A stretch of 64,000 nt of DNA, taken from contig JAYQTA010000002.1 of NCBI GenBank assembly GCA_038147155.1, positions 195,595 to 259,594 on the forward strand, read 5' to 3'. Of this stretch, positions 15,988-24,644 are shown piece by piece. The notes below the pieces were generated by a model. The model worked only from the letters and a program-made list of their open reading frames with translations, ran no database searches and had not been told where the DNA came from. The DNA is from Candidatus Australimonas brisbanensis (lineage in GTDB: Bacteria; Chloroflexota; Dehalococcoidia; Lucifugimonadales; Australimonadaceae). A program made the translations under genes and the position numbers. How positions within the stretch are numbered: the stretch's first letter is position 1; the number at the start of each line of letters is the position of its first letter.

Positions 15988-16824
15988 GTGAACCTGTACC
16001 TGGCTCTGCCGCTGGTGGCGCTGGCCGTGAATGGCGTGCTAGCCGTGGTCGCGTTCCGCGGCGGCTGGCAGGCCACAGGGCGGCGTCCCTTCGCCCTCTT
16101 CCTCGCGGGCATGGCCTCCTGGGGTGGGCTGCTCTACCTGATGCGCTCCTCCACCTCCTTGGACGAGGCGCGCTGGTGGGACGAACTGGTGGTGATGAAC
16201 TTCGCCTTCATCACCACCCTCTACCTGCACTTCACCTACCCCCTCTCCGGCCGCCGCCCCCGGCGCTACCTGCTGCCGGGCGCCTACGCGCTGTTGGCGG
16301 TGTTCGCCGGAGTCACCCTGGGCGGGTTCACCATCAGCGGGATGCAGCTCAAGCCCTACGGCTTCGCCCCTGTCCCCGGCCCCGGCTTCATCCCGCTCCT
16401 GGCGTTCACCTATGGGGCCATAGGCCTGGGCATGGTGAACGTGCACCGGGCCCTGCGCCACGGCTACACGCCCGACCTGCGCAACCGTGCGTCCTACCTG
16501 ATGGCGGGCACGGGCCTCTCGCTGCTCGGTACCGTCTCCGACATCCTCCCGGTGCTCGGCGTGCCCATCTACCCGCTGGGCATCGTCTCCGCCGCCTCTC
16601 GCAGCGCCTTGGCCAACGGCAGACGGGACAGGTTGAACTCCTCCCGCCCCTCGTCCACATCCCGCTGGGCGAGCCAGGAGAAGGGTGCGAGGTTGGTGTA
16701 CCAGGGCCAGCGGGTCTCGTGGGAGTGGCAGTCGAAACAGGCGCGCATCGCCAGCTCCCGCGTCCGTGGGCTGTCCATTGCGGGCTCGGCAAACACCGGC
16801 GGGTTGGTATGGGCTCGCCCGTAG
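15988..16824 (+). CDS. histidine-kinase-type N-terminal 7TM sensor domain ORF, truncated (six TM helices, no output domain)
   Basis: GAGGGAGG RBS plus GTG start. Six clear TM helices. The recognisable sequence ends at ...PIYPLGIV (about 16580). The remaining reading frame is simply antisense to the convergent gene 16569..16889. Confidence 0.5.
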   Translation: MNLYLALPLVALAVNGVLAVVAFRGGWQATGRRPFALFLAGMASWGGLLYLMRSSTSLDEARWWDELVVMNFAFITTLYLHFTYPLSGRRPRRYLLPGAYALLAVFAGVTLGGFTISGMQLKPYGFAPVPGPGFIPLLAFTYGAIGLGMVNVHRALRHGYTPDLRNRASYLMAGTGLSLLGTVSDILPVLGVPIYPLGIVSAASRSALANGRRDRLNSSRPSSTSRWASQEKGARLVYQGQRVSWEWQSKQARIASSRVRGLSIAGSANTGGLVWARP

Positions 16825-16889
16825 GGCACCGCCTGGATCAGCGCCACCAGCGCCAGCGGGGCCAACTTCACCATGCGCTTCAGACCCAT
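16569..16889 (-). CDS. haem-binding-domain protein (secreted, 106 aa)
   Basis: GGAGG lies 6 nt before ATG 16889. Signal peptide [45 protein letters not shown]...GREEFNLS matches the Haem_bd-type motif. Confidence 0.75.
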   Translation of the reverse strand: MGLKRMVKLAPLALVALIQAVPYGRAHTNPPVFAEPAMDSPRTRELAMRACFDCHSHETRWPWYTNLAPFSWLAQRDVDEGREEFNLSRLPLAKALREAAETMPSG

Positions 16890-17046
16890 GCTGCCCCTCC
16901 CTTTCACATGTACGCCGAAGAGCGTCCCGCTCGCGCGTGGTGTACCGATGCAGGGGAACGGGTGCAGAGTGAACATTGCGTGAGGGCTGTCACCCCTGCG
17001 GCCCCGGCGCTATCCTCCGGCACACCAGCGCATGAGGTGTTCGGCC

Positions 17047-17808
17047 ATGAACAGTCCCGTCAACGCCCCTGACTTCTCCGGCAAGGTGGCTATCGTCACC
17101 GGCGCCAGCCGTGGCATCGGCCGTCAGTTGGCGCTGGCATTGGCCCGCCAGGGCGCCACGGTGGTGGGCACCGCCCGCAACCTCGACGCCTCGCCCGGTC
17201 AGGGCGGCACGCTGGCCTCCATGGTGGCGGAGGCGCAGGAGCGAGGCTGGCGGGCGGAGGGCATCGCCGCGCAGATCACCGACCCCGCCGATGCGCAACG
17301 CCTGGTGGAGGAGGTCATCACCCGGCACGGACGCGTGGACATCCTGTGCAACAACGCGGGGCACCTGGTGGACAAGACCCTCCAGGGGCACACCAATGAG
17401 GAGATCTACCAGACCTATCTGGTGAACGTGTTCGCGCCCCTCTCCCTGATGCGCGCGGTGCTGCCGAGCATGCGGGCCCAGGGCTCGGGCAACATCTTCA
17501 ACGTCACCTCTGGCTCCGGGGTGGGCTCCCCGCGCCCCGGACAGACCGTCTACTCCTCCACCAAGGCAGCGCTGGACCGCGCCACCTGGGTGCTGGCCCA
17601 CGAGGTGCGTGCGGAGGGTGTTGCCATCAACTCTTGGTGGCCCGGCGTCATCGCCACGGACATGACCGCCGGCCGCCTGCAGGGCGACCCGCTGGAGGTG
17701 GTGGAGGCGTCGGCCCTGTGGGTCATGTCTCAGACCGCCGCCATCTTCACGGCGCGCACCGTGCGCCGGGGCGAGTTCGGCACCGTCTACGGCCCGGGAC
17801 TCGACTAG
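17047..17808 (+). CDS. SDR-family oxidoreductase
   Basis: VAIVTGASRGIGRQLA, NNAG, YSSTKAAL. ATG 17047 (GAGG upstream) is preferred over ATG 17032. Confidence 0.85.
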   Translation: MNSPVNAPDFSGKVAIVTGASRGIGRQLALALARQGATVVGTARNLDASPGQGGTLASMVAEAQERGWRAEGIAAQITDPADAQRLVEEVITRHGRVDILCNNAGHLVDKTLQGHTNEEIYQTYLVNVFAPLSLMRAVLPSMRAQGSGNIFNVTSGSGVGSPRPGQTVYSSTKAALDRATWVLAHEVRAEGVAINSWWPGVIATDMTAGRLQGDPLEVVEASALWVMSQTAAIFTARTVRRGEFGTVYGPGLD

Positions 17809-17939
17809 CGTCATGCAACAGCTGCTGAGCAGGTTCGCGCCGGAGGGTGTGGACGGATGAACTGAGCCCGCTCCCCCCTTGAAGACGGAAAACAACAGCA
17901 GGACAATGAAGGCACCCTCGTTCAGGAAGGCACGACTCG

Positions 17940-18167
17940 ATGACGCAGACGGCCCTGGTGGGTGGAGTGGCGACGGTGACGGTGGCGGTGGTGGGGGTTC
18001 TGCTGGACACGTGGGCGCTGGCCGCCCCCTTGGACATGCTCTTCGGGGTCGAGGACTTCTCGGGCGGTGTCATCGGCCGCTCGCTGCTGGCCGCCGCCGC
18101 CGGTGCGGTGCTCCTGGTGGCGGGCTACTTCCTCGGCCGCCGCACGGGCTACATCGCCCTGCGCTAG
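17940..18167 (+). CDS. small two-TM membrane protein (75 aa), hypothetical
   Basis: High GC3, AGGAAGG upstream, two hydrophobic helices. Confidence 0.35.
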   Translation: MTQTALVGGVATVTVAVVGVLLDTWALAAPLDMLFGVEDFSGGVIGRSLLAAAAGAVLLVAGYFLGRRTGYIALR

Positions 18168-18391
18168 AACCGCTCGCCGCTCAAAGGCCCAGCGGTGACC
18201 ACCAGCCCCAGTTCATCGTTGGGCCGCTTGCGCAGCAGCCGCACCCGTGCGGTGTGCGGGTAGTTTGCCGTGCCGCCGCGCCCGGTGAGGCGCAGACTGG
18301 TCTGACCCGTCGCCATGGCCGCCAGCAGCATGATGGCCATCACCGCCGTGGCCGCGTAGAGCGGAAGTAGGACCCGCAGACCCGTTCCCAT
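18164..18391 (-). CDS. small hypothetical protein with N-terminal TM/signal (75 aa)
   Basis: High GC3, GGGGGTGA upstream. Its stop overlaps the convergent ORF by 4 nt. Confidence 0.3.
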   Translation of the reverse strand: MGTGLRVLLPLYAATAVMAIMLLAAMATGQTSLRLTGRGGTANYPHTARVRLLRKRPNDELGLVVTAGPLSGERF

Positions 18392-18512
18392 CGCTCACCC
18401 CCTGTGTGCTTTTTCGCTGCGGCAAGATCAGCATCTCGCACCGGTGTTACGCCGGTGTGACGGGCGGGTTATCGCTCTGTTACGGTTCGGCTCCATCCGA
18501 TGGAGGTGGCGC

Positions 18513-19349
18513 ATGGCAGAGCGCATGCTCGAGGGGAAGGTCGCGCTGGTGACGGGAGCGGGGAGCCCGCGCGGGTTGGGGCGGGCCATGGCGCTGGCGC
18601 TGGCGGGAGCAGGGGCGCGCGTCGCCATAGCCGACGTGGACGAGGCCGCTGCGCGCGCCGTGGCCACGGAAGCCGACACCCGGGGCGGGAAGGGCTGCGC
18701 CCTCCTGGTGCGGGTGGACACCTCCGACGCTGCGCAGGCCAGCGCCGCCGTCAGCACCACCATCGCCGAGCTGGGCGGGCTGCATGTGCTGGTGAACTGC
18801 GCGGGCATCAACCCCCACACCGTGCATGGGGCTAACGAGCCCCTCTCCTTCTGGAAGGACTCACCGCAGGTGTGGGAGCGGGTGCTCGCCGTGAACCTCA
18901 ACGGCTACTTCCACATGGCCCGCGCCGCAACGCCCCACCTGCTTGCCCAGGGGTGGGGGCGCATCATCTCTGTCACCACCAGCTTCGACACCATGATCCG
19001 GGGGCAGACGGCCCCCTACGGGCCGTCCAAGGCCGGGTGCGAGGCGCTGGCTTCGGTGATGGCGGCGGACCTGGAGGGAACGGGGGTGACCTCCAACGTG
19101 CTGGTGCCGGGCGGGGCCACGGATACCAACATGATCACCGCGCCAGACGGGTTCGAGCGGTCCCGGATGCTGCGCCCGGAGGTGATGGCAGAGCCGGTGG
19201 TCTGGCTCGCGTCCAGTGAGGCTGACGGGTTCAACGGTCAGCGCATCATCGGCTCGGCGTGGGACGGCACGCTGGGCCTGGAGGCGCGTCTGGCACGCGC
19301 AGCCGCACCGGTGGCGTGGCCGCAGTTGGGGCGCCCGAACCGGCGCTAG
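18513..19349 (+). CDS. SDR-family oxidoreductase
   Basis: GGAGGTGG precedes ATG 18513, which is internal to ORF 18444... VALVTGAGSPRGLGRAMA, NCAG, YGPSKAG. Confidence 0.85.
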   Translation: MAERMLEGKVALVTGAGSPRGLGRAMALALAGAGARVAIADVDEAAARAVATEADTRGGKGCALLVRVDTSDAAQASAAVSTTIAELGGLHVLVNCAGINPHTVHGANEPLSFWKDSPQVWERVLAVNLNGYFHMARAATPHLLAQGWGRIISVTTSFDTMIRGQTAPYGPSKAGCEALASVMAADLEGTGVTSNVLVPGGATDTNMITAPDGFERSRMLRPEVMAEPVVWLASSEADGFNGQRIIGSAWDGTLGLEARLARAAAPVAWPQLGRPNRR

Positions 19350-19369
19350 AGCGAACCGGGGGGAAGGGG

Positions 19370-19444
19370 TGGAGCGGGAGACCGGATTTGAACCGGCGAC
19401 ATTCTGCTTGGAAGGCAGACGCTCTGCCGCTGAGCTACTCCCGC
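19370..19444 (-). tRNA. tRNA-Gly (anticodon UCC), CCA encoded
   Basis: The reverse complement GCGGGAGTAGCTCAGCGGCAGAGCGTCTGCCTTCCAAGCAGAATGTCGCCGGTTCAAATCCGGTCTCCCGCTCCA folds as a cloverleaf. Anticodon loop is CTTCCAA. Confidence 0.9.
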
Positions 19445-19460
19445 TGGCGGCGATGCGCGT

Positions 19461-19919
19461 TCAGCGCACCTCGAACACGGCGTCGATGGACACGGTGCCG
19501 TCGAAGGGGTTGCGCGCCACGCCCATGGACGAGCGCGCGTGCCGGCCAGCATCGCCGTACAGCTCCATGAGCAGGTCCGAGCAGCCGTTGACCACCTTGG
19601 CGAAGTCGTTGAAGTCCGGGGTGGACTGCACCATGCCGAAGACCTTGACCACGTGTACCACGTTGTCCAGGTCACCAATCACGGTCTTGAGGTTGGAGAG
19701 CATGCGCAGGCAGGCGCGCCGCCCGGCCTCGTAGCCCTCCTCCAGCGTGCCGCCTCCCCCCATGACCACGGTGATGTTGGAATCGGCGGTGCGTGGGCCT
19801 ACGGCGCTGGTGAACACCAGGTCACCGGCGCGATAGCCCACCAGGTAGGAGCCCGCAGGGGGCACGGGGTCGGGCAGCTTGAGGCCCAGGCTCGCCAGCT
19901 TCTCTTCAACGCGGGACAT
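19461..19919 (-). CDS. RidA/YjgF/RutC-family protein
   Basis: GGAGGAG RBS. Starts at the internal ATG of ORF ..20048. MSRVEEKLASLGLKLPDP...GRHARSSMGVARNPFDGTVSIDAVFEV. Confidence 0.85.
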   Translation of the reverse strand: MSRVEEKLASLGLKLPDPVPPAGSYLVGYRAGDLVFTSAVGPRTADSNITVVMGGGGTLEEGYEAGRRACLRMLSNLKTVIGDLDNVVHVVKVFGMVQSTPDFNDFAKVVNGCSDLLMELYGDAGRHARSSMGVARNPFDGTVSIDAVFEVR

Positions 19920-21255
19920 CGCTCTCCTCCGGTGCGTGCTTCCCGGGCTCCCCCGCCGTTGGAGACAGTATAGCGCCAGACCCACCCCCACCTGGGCCGG
20001 GGCTGGCAGGGGCAGGCACGGGCCCGCCGCGCCTGCCGGTTTCCACACCGAACAGGGCGACGATGAGCGTTGCCGCCACCAGCACCAGGGCGACGATCCA
20101 GAAGGCGGTGGCGAAGCCGAGCCAGTCGGCGATCCCGCCCACCACCAGGGGCCCGGTGATCTGACCGATGTTGGTGAACAACTGCCAGACGCCCAGGAAC
20201 GCCCCGCGCATGTGGTCAGGCGCCTGGTCCATGGCGTAGACCTGGATCGTGCCGGTGCCCATGGCCTCGGCGGTGCCGAAGACGATGACGGCGATGGCTG
20301 CCGAGGCGAAACCGGTGGTCCCAGCCATGAGCCAGACGCTCACCGCCGTCAGCGCCAGACTCGCCAGGAGCAGTTTCTTGCGCCCGTACCGGTCGGTGGC
20401 CAGGCCGGCGGGCATGGACGCCAGCAGCGCCAGGAGGCCGGCTACGGCGATGAGGTTGCCCACCGCGGTGGCATCGAGCCCCGCCACAACGCGGGTTTGC
20501 ACCGGGAAGAGGGTGCGGAACACCCCGGTGCCACCCACCACCAGCCCCAGACCCACCGTCCCCACCGCCAGGGCGAAGAAGGCGCGGGTGCGGAACATGG
20601 ACAGGTCCGAACGCCACCAGGGTTGGCCGGACCGGGGCCTGCGCGCGCTGCGCTTGGCCGATTCCCTGATGAGGAGCACCGTGACGATGACCACGGCCAC
20701 CTTGGTGGCGGCGATGAACAGGAACACCCACCGCAACCCGAAGAGCGTGGCGATGAGCCCGCCCACCACGGGCCCGGTGAGCAGGCCGATGCGTGAACTG
20801 GACTCGCGCAGCGCGACGGCGCGCCCGCGCGTCTCCACCACGGTGGAGTCCGCCAGCAGCGCCGCGGCGCTGGTCATCCACACGGCGATGCCGGTGCCCG
20901 CCAGTATCTCCAGCAGGAAGAAGGCGAGGTAGTGGTGGACGAAGAAGTCGGAGGTGAGGGCGATGATGTGGAGCACCGCACCCAGGATGATGAACGGCTT
21001 GCGACCGAATCGGTCGGCGAGCCATCCGGTGACGGGCCCGGTGATGACCCGCGGCGCGGCGCTCACCGAGGAGACCAGCGCCACCAGCAGGAACGAATCG
21101 CCCAGGTCGTAGGCGAAGAGCGGGCGTACCAGCCACAGACCGCCCGTGCCGAATCCCCAGAAGAAGAACATAAGGAAGACGGGCAGCGTCTTGGGGCTGA
21201 GCAGTGCCCAGAACGACGGCTTCTCGGTGGTTGAGGCGCCAGGGTTGCGTGCCAA
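19906..21255 (-). CDS. MFS transporter
   Basis: About 12 TM helices. GWLADRFGRKPFIILG loop motif. Overlaps the RidA start by 14 nt. Confidence 0.85.
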   Translation of the reverse strand: MARNPGASTTEKPSFWALLSPKTLPVFLMFFFWGFGTGGLWLVRPLFAYDLGDSFLLVALVSSVSAAPRVITGPVTGWLADRFGRKPFIILGAVLHIIALTSDFFVHHYLAFFLLEILAGTGIAVWMTSAAALLADSTVVETRGRAVALRESSSRIGLLTGPVVGGLIATLFGLRWVFLFIAATKVAVVIVTVLLIRESAKRSARRPRSGQPWWRSDLSMFRTRAFFALAVGTVGLGLVVGGTGVFRTLFPVQTRVVAGLDATAVGNLIAVAGLLALLASMPAGLATDRYGRKKLLLASLALTAVSVWLMAGTTGFASAAIAVIVFGTAEAMGTGTIQVYAMDQAPDHMRGAFLGVWQLFTNIGQITGPLVVGGIADWLGFATAFWIVALVLVAATLIVALFGVETGRRGGPVPAPASPGPGGGGSGAILSPTAGEPGKHAPEESDVPR

Positions 21256-21304
21256 GGTGGCGTGATGCTACCACGCGTCGGAATGGCTTGCGCTATGGAG
21301 CGCC

Positions 21305-22114
21305 ATGGATATGATGCTTGCGCGTACAACTTCCAAGGAGGCTCCGGTGCTGCACCTCGTCTGGGAACGCTTCGACCCGGCTCGCGTCCTGGGCCACCGT
21401 GCGTACGGCTACGATGCCCTCGCTTCCACCCAGGATGCGGCGTGGGCGCTGGTGGACGCTGACGCGTCACACGGCGTGGCGGTGCAGGCGGGCACGCAGG
21501 CCCAGGGCAGGGGGCGCTTTGCCCGCCGCTGGGAGGCGGGGCCCGGCGATGCGCTGCTGCTCTCGGTGCTGGTGCGCCCACCTCTGGCTGTGGTGCCGCT
21601 GCTCACCATCGCCACCACCCTTGCGATCCAGGACGCTACGCGCACCCTCGCGGGCGTGGATGCGGCCGTGAAGTGGCCCAACGACGTGCACGTGGGCGGC
21701 CGCAAGCTGGCCGGCGTACTGGTGGAGGGGCGCACTGACACGGCAGGGATAACCACCTGCGTAATCGGCATCGGCCTCAACCTGGACCTGGATCCGTCTG
21801 CCCACCCCGCCATCGCTGAGGTTGCCACCAGCCTGCGGGTGCTCTCCGGCGGCCACTTCGATGCAACCCACGCCGGAGCAGTGGTGCTGGCGGCGCTGGA
21901 CGCCCAGTACGCCGCCGCCGAGGCGGGCGAGGACCTGCTGGGGCGCTGGCGCTCGGCGTTGGACACTCTGGGCAGGCGCATCCGGGTGGGCGTGGTGGGC
22001 GGCGCGCTCACAGGGGTGGCGGAGGACGTGGACTCCTCAGGGCAACTGCTGCTGCGCACCGACGATGGGCGATTGCACACGCTCGCCGCGGGCGATGTGA
22101 CGCTCTCCCCCTAG
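21305..22114 (+). CDS. birA: biotin--[acetyl-CoA-carboxylase] ligase (class I, no HTH)
   Basis: GRGRFARRWEAGPGDALLLSVL, VKWPNDVHVGGRKLAGVLVE. Exact start uncertain. Confidence 0.85.
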   Translation: MDMMLARTTSKEAPVLHLVWERFDPARVLGHRAYGYDALASTQDAAWALVDADASHGVAVQAGTQAQGRGRFARRWEAGPGDALLLSVLVRPPLAVVPLLTIATTLAIQDATRTLAGVDAAVKWPNDVHVGGRKLAGVLVEGRTDTAGITTCVIGIGLNLDLDPSAHPAIAEVATSLRVLSGGHFDATHAGAVVLAALDAQYAAAEAGEDLLGRWRSALDTLGRRIRVGVVGGALTGVAEDVDSSGQLLLRTDDGRLHTLAAGDVTLSP

Positions 22115-22142
22115 AAGCACCCTGCGCCCGATGACGGTGCGT

Positions 22143-22172
22143 TTGCTGGCCCTCCGGTCCTTCCCGTACAAT
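22143..22172 (+). promoter_or_regulatory. candidate promoter of the his operon
   Basis: TTGCTG (22143-22148), 18 nt spacer, TACAAT (22167-22172), about 50 nt upstream of GTG 22223. Confidence 0.3.
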
Positions 22173-22222
22173 GGGCTCCCTCGCGTGCGTACCCACGCCT
22201 CGACCGGCCACAAGGAGACCCC

Positions 22223-23629
22223 GTGCAGCCCGTCCGTGACTACGCGCCCGCCGCCTGGCGGCGCATGGTGACCATCCGCCAGCGCCTCGAGCGTTTCCTC
22301 GACCGGCGCGGCTATGCCGTGGTCGCCACCCCCGTGCTGGAGAGCACCGATCTGTTCCTGCGCAAGTCGGGCGGGGAACTGGCCTCGCGCATGTACTCCT
22401 TCACCGACCCCTCCGGCCACTGGCAGTCGCTGCGTCCAGAATTCACCTCCTCGGTGGTGCGGGCGTTCATCGAGGGCTCGCTCTCCGGCCACGCGCCGCA
22501 GCGCTGGCAGTACTGCGGCCCGGTGTTCCGGTACGAGGGGCCTGGAGAGGGCGGGCTGGAGTTCCAGCAGTTGGGCGCCGAGCTGCTCTCTGCGGGCGGC
22601 CCCGCCGCCGACGCAGAGGTGGTGGCCCTGGCCGCGCAGGGACTCACGGCCCTGGGTGTGAAGGGGCACCGGGTGCGGGTGGGCCACGTGGGGGTGGTGA
22701 GCGCGATGCTGGCGGGCCTGGGCTTGCCGGAGCGGGCTCGCGTGTTCGTGCTGGGGAGCCTGGGCGCGCTGCGCTCGGGGCCCGACGGCATGAAGCAGGT
22801 GCGCGCCCGCGCCGCCGAGCTGGGACTGCTGGATGAAGGCCGCCGGCGGGCCATCACCCGCATCGCCCGCTCCATGGCGCCCGCCGACGCGGAGGGCATG
22901 GTGAAGGGGTTCCTGGCGGCGGGCGTGGACGGGCACACCGGCCAGCGCACGCCGGAGGAGATCTTCACCCGCTACCTGAAGAAGTTGCAGGAGGCCTCGG
23001 TGCCCGAGGTGATGGAGCGCGCTCTGCGCCTTTCCGCGGAGTTGGTGGAGACCACCGGCCCCGCAGCGCGCACCCGCTCGCGCCTGGGCAAGCTGGTGTC
23101 CTCCTATGGCCTTGACGAGTCGGTCCTGGAGCCGCTGGACGCGCTACTGGAATCGCTCGGTCACTACGACCTGAAGGGCGTGCCGGTGCAGCTCGACCTG
23201 GGCTTGGCGCGCGGCATCGCCTACTACACGGGCGTCGTCTTCAACCTGGACCACCCGCGCGTGTCCGGCGCCCCGGGTCTGGGCGGCGGCGGGCGCTACG
23301 ACGGGTTGGTGACGGCCCTTGGCGGCGCGAAGGACGCTCCGGCGCTGGGCTTCGCCTACAGCCTGGAGCGCGTCTCGGCGCTGCTCCCGGCGGACTTCGG
23401 GCTGGACGAGGATGACGGAGCGATGCGGGTGCTGGTGGTGGCGCTGGAAGGCTCACAGGATGAGGCCGTGGCCACCGCCGAACGACTGCGCGCCCAGGGC
23501 ATCGCGGCGGAACTGGACCTGGGCGGGCTGCGCACCGACGTGGAGACGGCCCGCTACGCCAAGGCCAGGGGCATCGCCACGGTGATGCGCGTGGGGAGGG
23601 ATGGCGATGTCGCCGAAACGCGCCTCTAG
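22223..23629 (+). CDS. histidyl-tRNA-synthetase-like protein (HisZ-type regulatory subunit or second HisRS)
   Basis: AAGGAGA RBS. Class-II HisRS core (LRPEFTSSVVRAF, FRYEGPGEGGLEFQQLG, RGIAYYTG, GGGGRYDGL) plus an anticodon-binding-like C-terminal domain. Motif 2 deviates from the canonical FRYERPQxGRxRQF. Confidence 0.75.
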   Translation: MQPVRDYAPAAWRRMVTIRQRLERFLDRRGYAVVATPVLESTDLFLRKSGGELASRMYSFTDPSGHWQSLRPEFTSSVVRAFIEGSLSGHAPQRWQYCGPVFRYEGPGEGGLEFQQLGAELLSAGGPAADAEVVALAAQGLTALGVKGHRVRVGHVGVVSAMLAGLGLPERARVFVLGSLGALRSGPDGMKQVRARAAELGLLDEGRRRAITRIARSMAPADAEGMVKGFLAAGVDGHTGQRTPEEIFTRYLKKLQEASVPEVMERALRLSAELVETTGPAARTRSRLGKLVSSYGLDESVLEPLDALLESLGHYDLKGVPVQLDLGLARGIAYYTGVVFNLDHPRVSGAPGLGGGGRYDGLVTALGGAKDAPALGFAYSLERVSALLPADFGLDEDDGAMRVLVVALEGSQDEAVATAERLRAQGIAAELDLGGLRTDVETARYAKARGIATVMRVGRDGDVAETRL

Positions 23630-24644
23630 CCGCAGCACCAAGGAGCCGTTGCGCCTGGCCATCCCCTCGGATGGGGAGATGCGCGACCCCACGCTGGCGT
23701 TCCTGGCGGCCTGCGGGCTCAAGGTGAACCGCCCGTCGGCGCGCCGCTATACCGCCTCCATCCCGATGGTGCAGGGGTTGGAGGTGGTCTTCCAGCGCAC
23801 CGCGGACATCACCGCGCGCGTGGAGGACGGCAACGCGGACCTTGGTCTGGTGGGGCTCGACCGCTATCAGGAGTCACGCGTCGAGGGCGGCGACGGGCTG
23901 GTCATCATGCCGGCGCTGGGCTTCGGCCAGTGCGAGCTGGTGGTGGCCGTACCGGAATCGTGGGTGGACGTGGAATCCATGGCGGACCTGGCGGATCTGG
24001 CCGTGGAGTTCCGTGAGTCCGGTCGCGAGCTGCGCATCGCCACCAAGTACCCGCGCATGGTGCAGCGCTTCTTTTTCGGCCACGGGGTCAACTACTTCTC
24101 CATCGCATCGGTCTCGGGCACCATCGAGGCCACGCCCGCCATGGGCTACGCCGATATCATCGTGGACCTGACCGCCTCGGGCGTGACGCTGCGGGAGAAC
24201 CACCTCAAGCGTCTGGACGACGGCACCGTGCTGTCGTCCGAGGGCGCGCTGGTGGGCAATGGGCGGCTGTTGCGTGAGCACCCGGAGCGGCTGGAGCCCG
24301 CGCGTGAGCTCATCGAGCGCATCGAGGCACACCACGCCTCCGGCGCCTTCCAGCGGGTGAGCGCCAACGTGGCCGGTGAGTCCGAAGAGACCGTGGCCAA
24401 GCGCGTGCTGGAGAAGCCGGAGGCTGCCGGGCTCCAGGGCCCCACAGTCTCGCGGGTCTACAGCCCCAGCGGCAAGCCGCTCTTCGCCGTCACCACCGTG
24501 GTGCGGCGCGAGCACCTCACGCGGGTGGTGGACCACCTACGCGCCATTGGCGGCTCATCGGTGACGGTCTCAGGGGTGGACTACGTCTTCGGCCCCGCCT
24601 CCTCCGTCTACCGCGACCTGCGCTCCGCACTGGGCCTGGGCTGA
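23607..24644 (+). CDS. hisG: ATP phosphoribosyltransferase, long form with C-terminal regulatory domain
   Basis: GGAGG lies 7 nt before ATG 23607 (alternative ATG at 23601). LRLAIPSDGEM, DLGLVGLDR, TKYPRMV, DLTASGVTLREN, then a HisG_C-like tail of about 95 aa. Confidence 0.9.
   Translation: MSPKRASSRSTKEPLRLAIPSDGEMRDPTLAFLAACGLKVNRPSARRYTASIPMVQGLEVVFQRTADITARVEDGNADLGLVGLDRYQESRVEGGDGLVIMPALGFGQCELVVAVPESWVDVESMADLADLAVEFRESGRELRIATKYPRMVQRFFFGHGVNYFSIASVSGTIEATPAMGYADIIVDLTASGVTLRENHLKRLDDGTVLSSEGALVGNGRLLREHPERLEPARELIERIEAHHASGAFQRVSANVAGESEETVAKRVLEKPEAAGLQGPTVSRVYSPSGKPLFAVTTVVRREHLTRVVDHLRAIGGSSVTVSGVDYVFGPASSVYRDLRSALGLG

Noticed and set aside
19370-21255. tRNA-Gly as an integration site for a genomic island (RidA and the MFS transporter downstream).
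   Set aside because: I saw no integrase, no direct repeat of the tRNA 3' end elsewhere in the window, and no compositional break by eye.
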